Positions 30,852 through 41,433 are shown, counted from the stretch's first letter. The stretch: 64,000 nt of DNA from Vulcanimicrobiota bacterium (GCA_963812135.1 CAWETU010000001.1:512001-576000); one strand, 5' to 3'. The notes: generated by a model from the letters alone, not told the origin. Translations and numbers: made by a program.

Positions 30852-31907
30852 ATGGGCGCCAACGTATTGGGGCTCGCGTTATTCGTCGTCTTGCTCGGCG
30901 CTTCAGGTCCCGCGTCGCTTGCTGTAAGCCATATGCCGACGACGAGCAATGCAGCGATCATCGCTCGGTTGAAAGCTGCCGGCTTTAATCCGAACGATCC
31001 AGCGCTCTCGGCCAAACTCGCCGACTTCGCAGCCAAGCAGCTGCGTGTTGAGCGCCTGCATTTCAGTGAAGTGCGTTTGCATGTCGCGAAAGCGACCCTT
31101 CCGATCGAGGAGATGGCGGCTCACCTTCCCCCGGGCGGCGCGACGAAACCGCATCTGCCGCCCCCGCAACCCGCGCCGGTCCTGACCAGCGCGACTACCT
31201 TTGATTTCGGCGACGACCTCTGGGTACACGGGCAGAACCTTCGCTCAACGGACCAGTCAGCGACGACCTATACGATCGATTTGGGAGCGTGCGGTAAGTA
31301 CTCGGGTTCGACATCCTGGTCTCTGGCAGACAAGAACGGCACTACAACCCGGGTGGAGTGGTGGACGCCAGTGAGTCACGCAAACTATCCGGCCACGATC
31401 CAAGTGGCAGTGCAGGGTCAGACCTCCAATACACTCTCGTTCAAGTACCTAGAACCTTCCAAAACGGAGTTGGCGGAGACCTCGGTCGCTCCCAATGCCC
31501 CACATCTGACAGGCGATGCAGGGCTCGGGCTCGCCGAAGGGACCAACGTCGTCTACTCGACCAGCGCGGATCGCGTCTCGATCGACCCCTTCGCCACCCA
31601 AGGTGGATCCGGGGAAGACATTCTTGGGCGCGGCGTTTCCCTGGTGAATGGCGCGACCGCGACCGCGTCGATCATCTCTGCGCAGTCGTACATGGATGCT
31701 GTCGGCTACAATCAGCCGACTGATTCGCATCGCGGCGCGTCGATCACCGTCCAGCCGGCGAACGGCCGGCTCGAAACGCGCGTCGCATGGTTTTACAATC
31801 CCGGCGAGTCGATCTCGTACACGATAGGATGGGTGGTCAGCTACCCGCGCGGCATGCGGCCGGTGAACAGCATTCTAAAGACGAGCAGCTGCACCGACGA
31901 GCAGTAG
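30852..31907 (+). CDS. Secreted hypothetical protein with IPT/TIG-like domain
   Basis: Signal peptide; PVLTS...GDDLWVHGQNL...IQVAVQGQTSNTLSFKY. Confidence 0.6.
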   Translation: MGANVLGLALFVVLLGASGPASLAVSHMPTTSNAAIIARLKAAGFNPNDPALSAKLADFAAKQLRVERLHFSEVRLHVAKATLPIEEMAAHLPPGGATKPHLPPPQPAPVLTSATTFDFGDDLWVHGQNLRSTDQSATTYTIDLGACGKYSGSTSWSLADKNGTTTRVEWWTPVSHANYPATIQVAVQGQTSNTLSFKYLEPSKTELAETSVAPNAPHLTGDAGLGLAEGTNVVYSTSADRVSIDPFATQGGSGEDILGRGVSLVNGATATASIISAQSYMDAVGYNQPTDSHRGASITVQPANGRLETRVAWFYNPGESISYTIGWVVSYPRGMRPVNSILKTSSCTDEQ

Positions 31908-31910
31908 CCG

Positions 31911-32231
31911 TTAGCGCTCGCCGCCCTTAGGGCCCCAGAAGATCACCCACGTCGCGAAGTCATCGCTGAACTCTTCGAAGCGATGTTCCACGCCCGCCGG
32001 TACGAACAGGACGTCGTGCGGCGCGAATTCATGCCGCTCGTCGCCGTTGCGAAACCGCCCGCGGCCTGAGATCACGATGTAGAGCTCGTCGCGATCGTGC
32101 GGCTTTTGCGCGTCGCGGCCGCGCGGCGCATAATACTCAAGCTCCATCGTGCCGTGCTTGAGGAGCAATGCGGCCAATCCGCTTGGCGGCGTCGCCGCGG
32201 CTTGAGCGACGGTGAAACGGCTCATCTTCAT
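31911..32231 (-). CDS. Cupin domain protein
   Basis: QKPHDRDELYIVISGRG...LFVPAGVEHRF. Confidence 0.88.
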   Translation of the reverse strand: MKMSRFTVAQAAATPPSGLAALLLKHGTMELEYYAPRGRDAQKPHDRDELYIVISGRGRFRNGDERHEFAPHDVLFVPAGVEHRFEEFSDDFATWVIFWGPKGGER

Positions 32232-32358
32232 ACTCCGAACGCACCCATGGGGCGACGTTCGTCGCGCTCCGGGCGCTTTACCTCAGCGCAGGCGAGCCCC
32301 GTCCGCGAAGCGAAAACGTCGAACAGCCCTATAATAAGGATAAAGGACGTTCGATTTC

Positions 32359-34050
<1,692 letters not shown>

Positions 34051-34052
34051 GC

Positions 34053-34460
34053 ATGGCGCGACCCATCCGAATCCTCGTCGCCAAAGCCGGGCTTGACGGT
34101 CACGACCGTGGCGCCAAGGTCATCGCGCGGGCGCTGCGCGACGCCGGCTTCGAGGTGATCTACACTGGGTTGCACCAGACGCCGGAGCAAGTCGTCGAGG
34201 CGGCGATCCAAGAGGATGTCGACGGCATAGGACTATCGATTTTGTCCGGCGCGCACGGCACGCTCTTCCCGCGCATCAAGCAGCTGCTGAACGAAGCCGG
34301 CGCGTCCGACATCGTGCTCTTCGGCGGCGGCACGATTCCAAACGAGGACATCCAACCATTGCTCGATGCCGGCGTGGCCGCGGTGTTCACGCCCGGCACG
34401 CCGATCGCGACCATCGTCGACTTCGTGCGCCGCGAATGCGGCAAGCGAGTCGAAGCGTAA
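34053..34460 (+). CDS. Acyl-CoA mutase small (cobalamin-binding) subunit
   Basis: [10 protein letters not shown] (DxHxxG), [20 protein letters not shown]. Confidence 0.95.
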   Translation: MARPIRILVAKAGLDGHDRGAKVIARALRDAGFEVIYTGLHQTPEQVVEAAIQEDVDGIGLSILSGAHGTLFPRIKQLLNEAGASDIVLFGGGTIPNEDIQPLLDAGVAAVFTPGTPIATIVDFVRRECGKRVEA

Positions 34461-34474
34461 CGGCAGCTTCGCAC

Positions 34475-35935
34475 GTGGGCGCGAGGCCAGTCCGGGTGCG
34501 CTTCGCACCCAGTCCAACAGGTTTCTTGCATGTCGGCGGCGCGCGCACCGCGCTCTTCAATTGGCTGTTCGCGCGCCACAACGGCGGCGTCTTCGTCCTG
34601 CGCGTCGAGGACACCGACACGGCGCGATATTCCGACGAGTACGTCGACGCGATCTACTCGGCGCTGCGCTGGCTCGGGCTCGACTGGGATGAAGGGCCTG
34701 ACGTCGGCGGACCATTCGGGCCGTATCGGCAGCGGGAGCGCCAGGCGCTTCATGCGGCCGCGGCGCGCGAGCTCGTCACCCGTAACGCCGTCTACGAATG
34801 TTTCTGCGGCCCGAAGCAAGACGACGATACGGCACCGTGCGTGTGCGCGACGCTGAGCGACAGCAAACGAGTGGAGCTGCGAGCGCAGGGGATCAAGCCG
34901 GCACTGCGCATGCGGGTTGACCCACAGCGAGCGGTCGTGGTCGACGACATCGTGCGCGGGCGTGTCGAGTTTCCCGCGGGCACGATTGGCGACTTTGTCA
35001 TCGTCAAGAGTGACGGTGGCCCGTTGTACAATTTCGCGGCGGTCGTCGACGATCACGCGATGGAGATCACGCACGTCATCCGCGGCGAAGAACATCTCGC
35101 CAACACTCCAAAACAATTGCTCATCTATGAGGCGCTGGGCTGGGAGCCGCCGGCCTTCGCCCACATCCCGATCATCCTGAACGAGCAGCGCCGCAAACTC
35201 AGCAAGCGCGACGGCGCGACGTTCGTCAACGAATACGAAGCACTTGGCTACTTGCCCGAAGCGTTGGTGAACTTCTTGGGGTTGCTGGGCTGGTCGCCAG
35301 GCGGCAATCGCGAGTTGATGACCCGCGAGGAGATGATCCGCGATTTCACCATCGAGGGCGTGGTCAAGCATCCGGCGATCTTCGATCACGCCAAGCTCGC
35401 CTGGATGAACAAAGAGTATCTCAAGATGCTGCCGGCGGATGAGCTCGTGCGCCGGGTTGGTGATCTACTGGCGCGCCGGTCACCACCGCTGGATCGAATC
35501 GACCCAGCGCACGTCGCGCGCGTCGCCGCGCTGCTGCAAGAGCGTGCGCACACCATCGGCGATATCGTCGAGCATGGCGCGTATTTCTTCACTCGTGGCC
35601 CGATCGAACTGGCGCCTGAAGCGCTCGCGAAGTATTGCGCGACGCCAGAAGCGTTAGATCGTCTCCGCGAAGTTCACGCCGCCCTCGCAAATGTAGCGGT
35701 CGACTTTACGTCGGCCGAGATAGAAGCCGCGATCCGCGGGCTCGCTGAGCGCACCGGACTAAAAGCTGCGGCCTTCATTCATCCGCTGCGTGTTGCGGTC
35801 ACGGGCCAGGCAGTGAGCCCCGGTATCTTCGAGGTGTGCAGCATTCTCGGCCGCGACGTCACACTTGCGCGCATCGACGCGCTGCTCGAGCGCCTGCAGC
35901 ATCCTAATGCGGTTGGGGCTGAACAAGCGCGATGA
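34475..35935 (+). CDS. gltX: Glutamate--tRNA ligase
   Basis: RFAPSPTGFLHVGG, RVEDTD, THVIRGEEH, KLSKR. Confidence 0.96.
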   Translation: MGARPVRVRFAPSPTGFLHVGGARTALFNWLFARHNGGVFVLRVEDTDTARYSDEYVDAIYSALRWLGLDWDEGPDVGGPFGPYRQRERQALHAAAARELVTRNAVYECFCGPKQDDDTAPCVCATLSDSKRVELRAQGIKPALRMRVDPQRAVVVDDIVRGRVEFPAGTIGDFVIVKSDGGPLYNFAAVVDDHAMEITHVIRGEEHLANTPKQLLIYEALGWEPPAFAHIPIILNEQRRKLSKRDGATFVNEYEALGYLPEALVNFLGLLGWSPGGNRELMTREEMIRDFTIEGVVKHPAIFDHAKLAWMNKEYLKMLPADELVRRVGDLLARRSPPLDRIDPAHVARVAALLQERAHTIGDIVEHGAYFFTRGPIELAPEALAKYCATPEALDRLREVHAALANVAVDFTSAEIEAAIRGLAERTGLKAAAFIHPLRVAVTGQAVSPGIFEVCSILGRDVTLARIDALLERLQHPNAVGAEQAR

Positions 35936-37299
35936 GCGTACGTGTGAACGCGGTGATCCTAGCGGCCGGTAAAGGCACTCGCATGAAGAGCCGCACACCG
36001 AAAGTCTTGCACGAGCTGTGCGGTAAGACGATGCTCGATCACGTCATCCTCACCGTCGCCAAGGCGGGTGTGGATCCGCAAAAGGTTGCGGTCGTCATCA
36101 GCCCCGAGCTCGAAGATCCGCTTAATAAGCTCTACGCTGGTGGCTTGCACACGGTCGTCCAGAGCCCGCAAAACGGCACCGGCCACGCAGCGCAGCTCGC
36201 GCTCGACGAACTGCCCGGAGACGACCCCGTGCTGATCGTCAACGCCGACATGCCGCTTCTGACCGACCAGTTGTTGAGCGCCGTCATCGAAGTTCGCGCG
36301 CGCGCGAAAGCAGCGGTCGCGATGCTCACCGTCGAGATGGCCGGCTCGACGTTCGGGCGCATCATCCGCAAATCTGGCCGCCCAGTGCGGATCGTCGAAC
36401 ACTCAGATGCGACGCCTGACGAACGGCTGATCACCGAAGTCAACGCCGGCGTGTACTGCTTCGATTCGGCGGCGCTGCGCAAGTATTTGACGAAACTGCA
36501 CGCCAGCAACGCGCAAAAGGAGCTGTACCTTACCGATTGCATCCAACTTGCGGTCGAGTCCGGCGCGTTGGTGGAAGCGGTGACGACGCGAGATCGCGCT
36601 AGCGCGCTCGGCGTGAACACGCTCGCCGAGCTCGCGACGGTGAGGAACGTCATGCGACGGCGTATTCTGCGCCGTCACATGCTTTCCGGCGTGTCTGTCG
36701 TCGATCCGGCAACAACGTATGTCGATGTTGACGCGGACATCGCCCCTGATGCCACGCTGTATCCGCAAACCCATGTGCTCGGCGCAAGTGTCGTCGGCGC
36801 AGGCTCGCGAATCGGTCCGAATACGACGCTGCACAATGCCGCGATCGGGAAAGACGTGACGATTAGCTACTCCGTCGTGCGCGATTCGGCGATTGCGACC
36901 GGTGCGAAGATCGGGCCGTTCGCCCATATCCGCGACGGGTCGCAGATCCAAGAGGAAGCCCGCGTCGGCAACTTCGTCGAGGTCAAGAAGACGAAGCTAG
37001 GGCGCAAGGCGAAGGCAAGCCATCTCACCTATCTGGGCGATGCTGACATCGGCGATGAAGCCAATATCGGCGCGGGCACGATCACTTGCAATTACGACGG
37101 CGTTCGTAAGAACAAGACCAAGGTCGGGCGGCGCGCGTTGATCGGTTCCAATTCATCTCTTGTCGCCCCAGTGGAAATCGGTGATGGAGCATTGACGGGC
37201 GCCGGGTCGGTCGTGACGCACGACGTGCCGGCTGGCGAACGTGTGGCGGGCAACCCAGCACGCTCGTTGCTGAAGAAGGAGCAAACCGAAAAAAGTTGA
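35932..37299 (+). CDS. glmU: Bifunctional UDP-GlcNAc pyrophosphorylase/glucosamine-1-P acetyltransferase
   Basis: LAAGKGTRMKS, GTGHA, EVNAGVY, GNFVEVK, HLTYLGD, CNYDG. Confidence 0.97.
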   Translation: MSVRVNAVILAAGKGTRMKSRTPKVLHELCGKTMLDHVILTVAKAGVDPQKVAVVISPELEDPLNKLYAGGLHTVVQSPQNGTGHAAQLALDELPGDDPVLIVNADMPLLTDQLLSAVIEVRARAKAAVAMLTVEMAGSTFGRIIRKSGRPVRIVEHSDATPDERLITEVNAGVYCFDSAALRKYLTKLHASNAQKELYLTDCIQLAVESGALVEAVTTRDRASALGVNTLAELATVRNVMRRRILRRHMLSGVSVVDPATTYVDVDADIAPDATLYPQTHVLGASVVGAGSRIGPNTTLHNAAIGKDVTISYSVVRDSAIATGAKIGPFAHIRDGSQIQEEARVGNFVEVKKTKLGRKAKASHLTYLGDADIGDEANIGAGTITCNYDGVRKNKTKVGRRALIGSNSSLVAPVEIGDGALTGAGSVVTHDVPAGERVAGNPARSLLKKEQTEKS

Positions 37300-38543
37300 C
37301 CCAGGGTGCGAACGGGTCGTATCTTGCCGCGACGATTTTCTTTTTGATCGCCGCCGCGCTCATCATCGCGCAATGCGTGATGATCCTAAGCCTGCGTCGC
37401 CGGGTCATTCGAGCCGAACGCCGCTTCGAGACGCTGCAACAAATCGCGCCCGCGCTCACGGGTGCCGCAGCTGAATCCACGCTTGCCACGTGCGGTCGCA
37501 TCTTAGAGCGAACCTCGCTGCTCGTGCACGCTCAATCATTGTTGTGCTTCTACGTCGAGAATTCTCGTCTGATGCTCGGCGCGCGCTCGGGTTCCGGCTA
37601 CGTCGGCTTCTTGCGCGAGGGCGAAGCCTACGACGGCAATACCATTGCCGACTGGGTGCGACGCGAAGGCAAGCCCGCGATCGTGGGCCCGCGGCCAAGT
37701 TCGCTACCGGCTGAATCCGGCGTCTATGATCTCTCTGGAGAGTCAGCGGCCGGGCGTATCGGCGCGGGGCCGATTGCCGGCAGCCGCGACACGGTGTGGG
37801 GTGTCGCGGTGCCGTTGATGCGAATGGCAGCGCCAAATGAACGCGCGGAGGTCATCGGAGTGCTCTATGCCGATAGGCCTCGCGACGACGCATTTGCCGA
37901 AGACGACGTGAGCACGCTGTTGACCGTCGCGCAGCTCGCGGGTGACGCGCTCGCACGAGCGCTGTTCGCCGACCGCGTTCGCCATGAAGCGACGCGCGAT
38001 CCGCTCACTGGGCTGCTGACACCCGTCGGGTTTCGGAAGCGATTACGCCAGGAAGTCGACGCGCGCCGCGTCGAGACGCGGGTCGCGGCAACGCGCGACG
38101 TCGCTTTGTTCTTCATCGACACCGACCATTTCAAGACTTGGAACGACACGCATGGGCACGCGTCGGGTGACCAATTATTGCGCCGTCTCGCAGCTATGTT
38201 TTCAAAAATCGCGGAGCAGGCGCACGGGTTCGCCGGTCGCAACGGCGGCGATGAATTCTGCATCGCGCTCTTGGACCGGAGCAAAGACGCGTCGATCAAG
38301 CTCGCGCAAGATCTTTGCGCTCAGGTGGCCGATGCGGATTTCCGCGCACTTGCGCCAAACGCCGATTCGCCTGGTGTGCATATCACAGTCAGCATCGGCG
38401 TGGCGCATTTTCCGATGGACATTTCGCCTGACGAACGCCAACCAACGGATCGTCTGCTCGAAGCAGCAGACCAGCGGATGTATGAGGCCAAACACGCTGG
38501 CCGCAATCAAGTCGCGTTTTCGCGCGCACGTCTGCGAGCGTAG
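37296..38543 (+). CDS. Membrane-anchored GAF-GGDEF diguanylate cyclase
   Basis: N-terminal TM, GAF-like VPL..VIGVLYAD, DPLTGL, DHFK..NDTHGH..GD, GRNGGDEF. Confidence 0.9.
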   Translation: MTQGANGSYLAATIFFLIAAALIIAQCVMILSLRRRVIRAERRFETLQQIAPALTGAAAESTLATCGRILERTSLLVHAQSLLCFYVENSRLMLGARSGSGYVGFLREGEAYDGNTIADWVRREGKPAIVGPRPSSLPAESGVYDLSGESAAGRIGAGPIAGSRDTVWGVAVPLMRMAAPNERAEVIGVLYADRPRDDAFAEDDVSTLLTVAQLAGDALARALFADRVRHEATRDPLTGLLTPVGFRKRLRQEVDARRVETRVAATRDVALFFIDTDHFKTWNDTHGHASGDQLLRRLAAMFSKIAEQAHGFAGRNGGDEFCIALLDRSKDASIKLAQDLCAQVADADFRALAPNADSPGVHITVSIGVAHFPMDISPDERQPTDRLLEAADQRMYEAKHAGRNQVAFSRARLRA

Positions 38544-38546
38544 AAA

Positions 38547-39068
38547 ATGATCAAATACTTCGCAGCGGTGATCGCCTTCATTTGCATAATGGCTGCTTCA
38601 AGTGCCGCAAAGGCGCTCGCTATCGAAGACCAATCCGCTGGAGACACAATCGGCCCGTTGGTGAACAATCTAGCGGTCTCCGCGAAACTCGACCAGCAAG
38701 TGGTCGATATAGGCGCGCCGGTTGTCGTGACCATTGCTCTTAAGAACTTCGGGCCCCCGATATGCCTTTCACGACTTAATGCGTTTATCGACTACGCTTT
38801 GGCAGGTACTGGTCCGGACAGGTCTCCTATCGCAAGAACCCATGAGCCCGGATTCAGCGGAAGTGTTCCGTCATGCTGGAATATTGGGACGGGCGACGCC
38901 TTACAAACCACAAGGGATCTGAGCAAATTATTTGATTTCAGCATGCCCGGCCGATACACGTTCTGGTTCCAAACCACCGCGCATTTGGAATATCAATGGG
39001 ACGATGCGTATGCGATCTTGCGATCCAATACGGTAGTTCTCGACGTGAAATATCCGTGGACGTTCTAA
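38547..39068 (+). CDS. Secreted hypothetical protein (Ig-like fold)
   Basis: Signal peptide; GAPVVVTIALKN...DLSKLFDFSMPGRYT...SNTVVLDV; visibly AT-richer codons. Confidence 0.6.
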   Translation: MIKYFAAVIAFICIMAASSAAKALAIEDQSAGDTIGPLVNNLAVSAKLDQQVVDIGAPVVVTIALKNFGPPICLSRLNAFIDYALAGTGPDRSPIARTHEPGFSGSVPSCWNIGTGDALQTTRDLSKLFDFSMPGRYTFWFQTTAHLEYQWDDAYAILRSNTVVLDVKYPWTF

Positions 39069-39078
39069 AGCTCGGTGA

Positions 39079-39507
39079 TTGGTCACATTTGACCGGGAAG
39101 CTACCGTTCGCGCACACGCCGCGATGCAGCGCGGTGGCGCCGATGACTGCGGCTGTAATTCTTGCCGAAACTTCTCGCTCCAAAAGCCGGTGGCTTATCC
39201 GGCTGAGTTCTTGCAGGTGCTCGAGCGGCTGGGTGTCGATCCAACTCGAGAGATCGAAGTCTATTCTTTTGACCGCGAAGATGCACTCGGACAAGAGTAC
39301 CATGGTTGGTTTTACTTTGTCGGCCTCGCAAAGTGCGACGCGGTTGCGGTAGAAGAAGGCGCTTTCACATATTATTTCATGGAGGGGCCCGCATATGCAG
39401 TCCCTGAGTTCGAAGGGCTGCCGGTTTCGCGCGTAGAGTTTGCTTACTTACATTTGCCATGGGCAAACGGTATCACAGCCACAACTCCACCAATCCAAAG
39501 CGAGTAG
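39079..39507 (+). CDS. Hypothetical protein with CxCxxC motif
   Basis: DREAT...CGCNSCRNF...LGVDP...YHGWFYFVG; start codon uncertain. Confidence 0.65.
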   Translation: MVTFDREATVRAHAAMQRGGADDCGCNSCRNFSLQKPVAYPAEFLQVLERLGVDPTREIEVYSFDREDALGQEYHGWFYFVGLAKCDAVAVEEGAFTYYFMEGPAYAVPEFEGLPVSRVEFAYLHLPWANGITATTPPIQSE

Positions 39508-39518
39508 GCGCGAAGAAC

Positions 39519-39546
39519 GCGGCCCCTCGGAGTCTCGAGGGGCCGC
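39519..39546. terminator. GC-rich hairpin between convergent genes
   Basis: GCGGCCCCTCG-GAGTCT-CGAGGGGCCGC, 11-bp perfect stem; weak U tails. Confidence 0.6.
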
Positions 39547-39571
39547 ACTTGCCGCTAGCGGGTGATGGAAT

Positions 39572-40048
39572 CTAGCCCTTGATGCCGATGCGCTCGGCTT
39601 TGGGCACTTTCGGTGCCGGTATCATGACCTTCAGGATACCGTACTCGTATTCGGCCTCGACCTTCTTCGGATCGATCGGCTCTGGGAAGCTCAGAGTGCG
39701 TAGGAACTCGCCACGCTGACGTTCGCGGTAGATGTACTGCGGGCGATTTTCTTTCACCAGCTCTTCGCTATGAGCCGTGATCGTAAGCGCTTTACCGCTG
39801 GCCTGGATCTCGATGTTCTCCTTTTTCACTCCAGGGAGCGCGCACTCCACCACATACGTCCCGTCTTTCTGGTAGACGTCGAGGTCGAAGCTGAACGTAG
39901 GCGTGCGAAATGCTGTTTGCGCTGCGGGTAGCCAGCTGAAAAGCGGTTTGAAGCCTTCTCCAAGCCGGGTGAACTCCGCAAATGGGTCAATCGTTTGCAT
40001 TTTTTGCAGTTCGGTCGAACCATTCTCGCCATTAATCATGGTCTTCAT
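39572..40048 (-). CDS. Hsp20/alpha-crystallin small heat shock protein
   Basis: SD AAGGAGG; LDVYQ, LPGVKKENIEI, RERQRGEFLRTL, AEYEYGILKV. Confidence 0.92.
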   Translation of the reverse strand: MKTMINGENGSTELQKMQTIDPFAEFTRLGEGFKPLFSWLPAAQTAFRTPTFSFDLDVYQKDGTYVVECALPGVKKENIEIQASGKALTITAHSEELVKENRPQYIYRERQRGEFLRTLSFPEPIDPKKVEAEYEYGILKVMIPAPKVPKAERIGIKG

Positions 40049-40133
40049 GATGGTTCCCTCCTTGCGTTGTTCCGGCCATATCCGGAACTTGACCCAAGCG
40101 TACGCCCGCCGTCGCACCGTAGTTGTGAAAATG

Positions 40134-40628
40134 CTACAGCGAATTGCGACTTTCGGCGCGCTCGATCCGGAAATCATAGCAGCCAGCTTCAGTGTCGCGC
40201 ACATGGATGTAGTCCACATCCGGCCGCGCTAGCAGTCGCTCCACATGAGCGTCGATCGCCCCATTCGTGCCGTACGCTTGTGCGACAAGCCGTCGACCAC
40301 TGCTGTACGCGTTGAAGGTCAATTCGTGTGCGCGCAGGTCCGAAGGGAAGCCCGCCGTTTCCGGGTAGCGCTCGCAGGCACGCGAATGCACGAACACGGG
40401 ACCCGGCAACGGTAGGCGCTCGAGATCCGTAAACGGATCGTACGTGAAGAGGACGCGCGGCTCAGCGCCGACTACGAACTCGCGTAGGCAGTGCCGGCAC
40501 GGTCCGTACCCCTTCGCGACTTCTTCCGAGGCCGGATGGTCGTAGCGCGGCGAGCGCATCGTCGCGCGCACCGTTTCGACGACGTCTGTCGGAATCGCCA
40601 CCACGCGAACACCAAGATTCTCCATCAT
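40134..40628 (-). CDS. DUF1203 family protein
   Basis: GPCRHCL, YDPF, GPVFVH...C, RPDVDYIHVR...GCY; SD GGAGG; ATGA overlap with upstream ORF. Confidence 0.85.
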   Translation of the reverse strand: MMENLGVRVVAIPTDVVETVRATMRSPRYDHPASEEVAKGYGPCRHCLREFVVGAEPRVLFTYDPFTDLERLPLPGPVFVHSRACERYPETAGFPSDLRAHELTFNAYSSGRRLVAQAYGTNGAIDAHVERLLARPDVDYIHVRDTEAGCYDFRIERAESRNSL

Positions 40629-40816
40629 CCAAGCCCTCCGAGCAACAACTGGCCGGCGGCGACGAGCGCTCGCCCGAGACGCGTGCGCCAACGTACGAGC
40701 GCCGACGTCGTGTGATGTCGTTGCGCGCGCATCTTCGCGCCGAGCCGATGTCGCGCGATCTCTGCGCTCATCGCTTCATGCTGCTGCCTGACGAGATCCA
40801 ACACATAGCGCTCCAT
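40625..40816 (-). CDS. 63-aa Arg-rich microprotein B (paralog of 40870-41088)
   Basis: Ungapped alignment to its neighbour, 24/60 identical; stop coupled to DUF1203. Confidence 0.7.
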   Translation of the reverse strand: MERYVLDLVRQQHEAMSAEIARHRLGAKMRAQRHHTTSALVRWRTRLGRALVAAGQLLLGGLG

Positions 40817-40869
40817 CGCTGCACACGACTGTATGATAGCCTGCGGCCGCGCTGCGGTTCTATCCGTTT

Positions 40870-41088
40870 TTACCGCAGCGCGTTCGCAGACTCGGACGCG
40901 CGTTCGTCACCCTCGATCACCCGACCGACACCGATGACGATGCGCCCCAAGGCGCGTCGCCAACGAGCGGCGACGCTTGGTCCTGACACGCGCCGTGCAC
41001 GCAATGCGATGCCCAGACGATGGCGCACGATCTCTTCGCGCACCTCATCCTGCCGCTCGCGTACGGCTCGCAACCAATCCCGATCCAT
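40870..41088 (-). CDS. 72-aa Arg-rich microprotein A
   Basis: Strong SD GGAGGTG; shares EI.RHRLG...RWR..LGR motif with paralog B. Confidence 0.75.
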   Translation of the reverse strand: MDRDWLRAVRERQDEVREEIVRHRLGIALRARRVSGPSVAARWRRALGRIVIGVGRVIEGDERASESANALR

Positions 41089-41121
41089 GTTCTCACCTCC
41101 CCTCTTGCCAGCGCGAGAGAG

Positions 41122-41160
41122 ATAAAACAACGAGGCCCCCGCTTAGTGCGGAGGCCTCGT
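41122..41160 (-). terminator. Intrinsic terminator (attenuator)
   Basis: ACGAGGCCTCCGC-ACTAA-GCGGGGGCCTCGT then TGTTTTAT. Confidence 0.85.
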
Positions 41161-41187
41161 CGGCATCGATTGGGTCTTGCGACCCGC

Positions 41188-41319
41188 TCACACACCGTTA
41201 AGCACATCTCCGCACGGAACGACGCTCTTCACGCTCGCATCGAGTGCAAGCGTGGCGCACAGCTGCGCGATCCCCAGCGGGGTCGCGTTCACTGTCAGCA
41301 GCGTCGTCATGTTGCTCAA
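41188..41319 (-). CDS. 43-aa putative leader peptide
   Basis: SD AAGGAG, 7 nt, TTG; MSNMTTLLTVNATPLGIAQLCATLALDASVKSVVPCGDVLNGV; lies between promoter and terminator. Confidence 0.6.
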   Translation of the reverse strand: MSNMTTLLTVNATPLGIAQLCATLALDASVKSVVPCGDVLNGV

Positions 41320-41378
41320 AAAATGTCTCCTTTGCTGTTTTTGCCGAACAAAATTCGGCGGCCACAACACAGATTGCC

Positions 41379-41407
41379 ATGGTAACACGCCTTTGCGAGG
41401 TTGTCAA
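41379..41407 (-). promoter_or_regulatory. Sigma70 promoter of leader peptide unit
   Basis: TTGACA-17 nt-TACCAT with extended -10 TG. Confidence 0.8.
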
Positions 41408-41433
41408 ACCCGCGCGCACGAAGCCGCGCGATT

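Noticed and set aside
41188..41319. Leader peptide as RiPP precursor or ilvL homolog (VVPCG resembles IPPCG)
   Set aside because: No modifying enzymes or ilv genes adjacent; the similarity is too short to be meaningful
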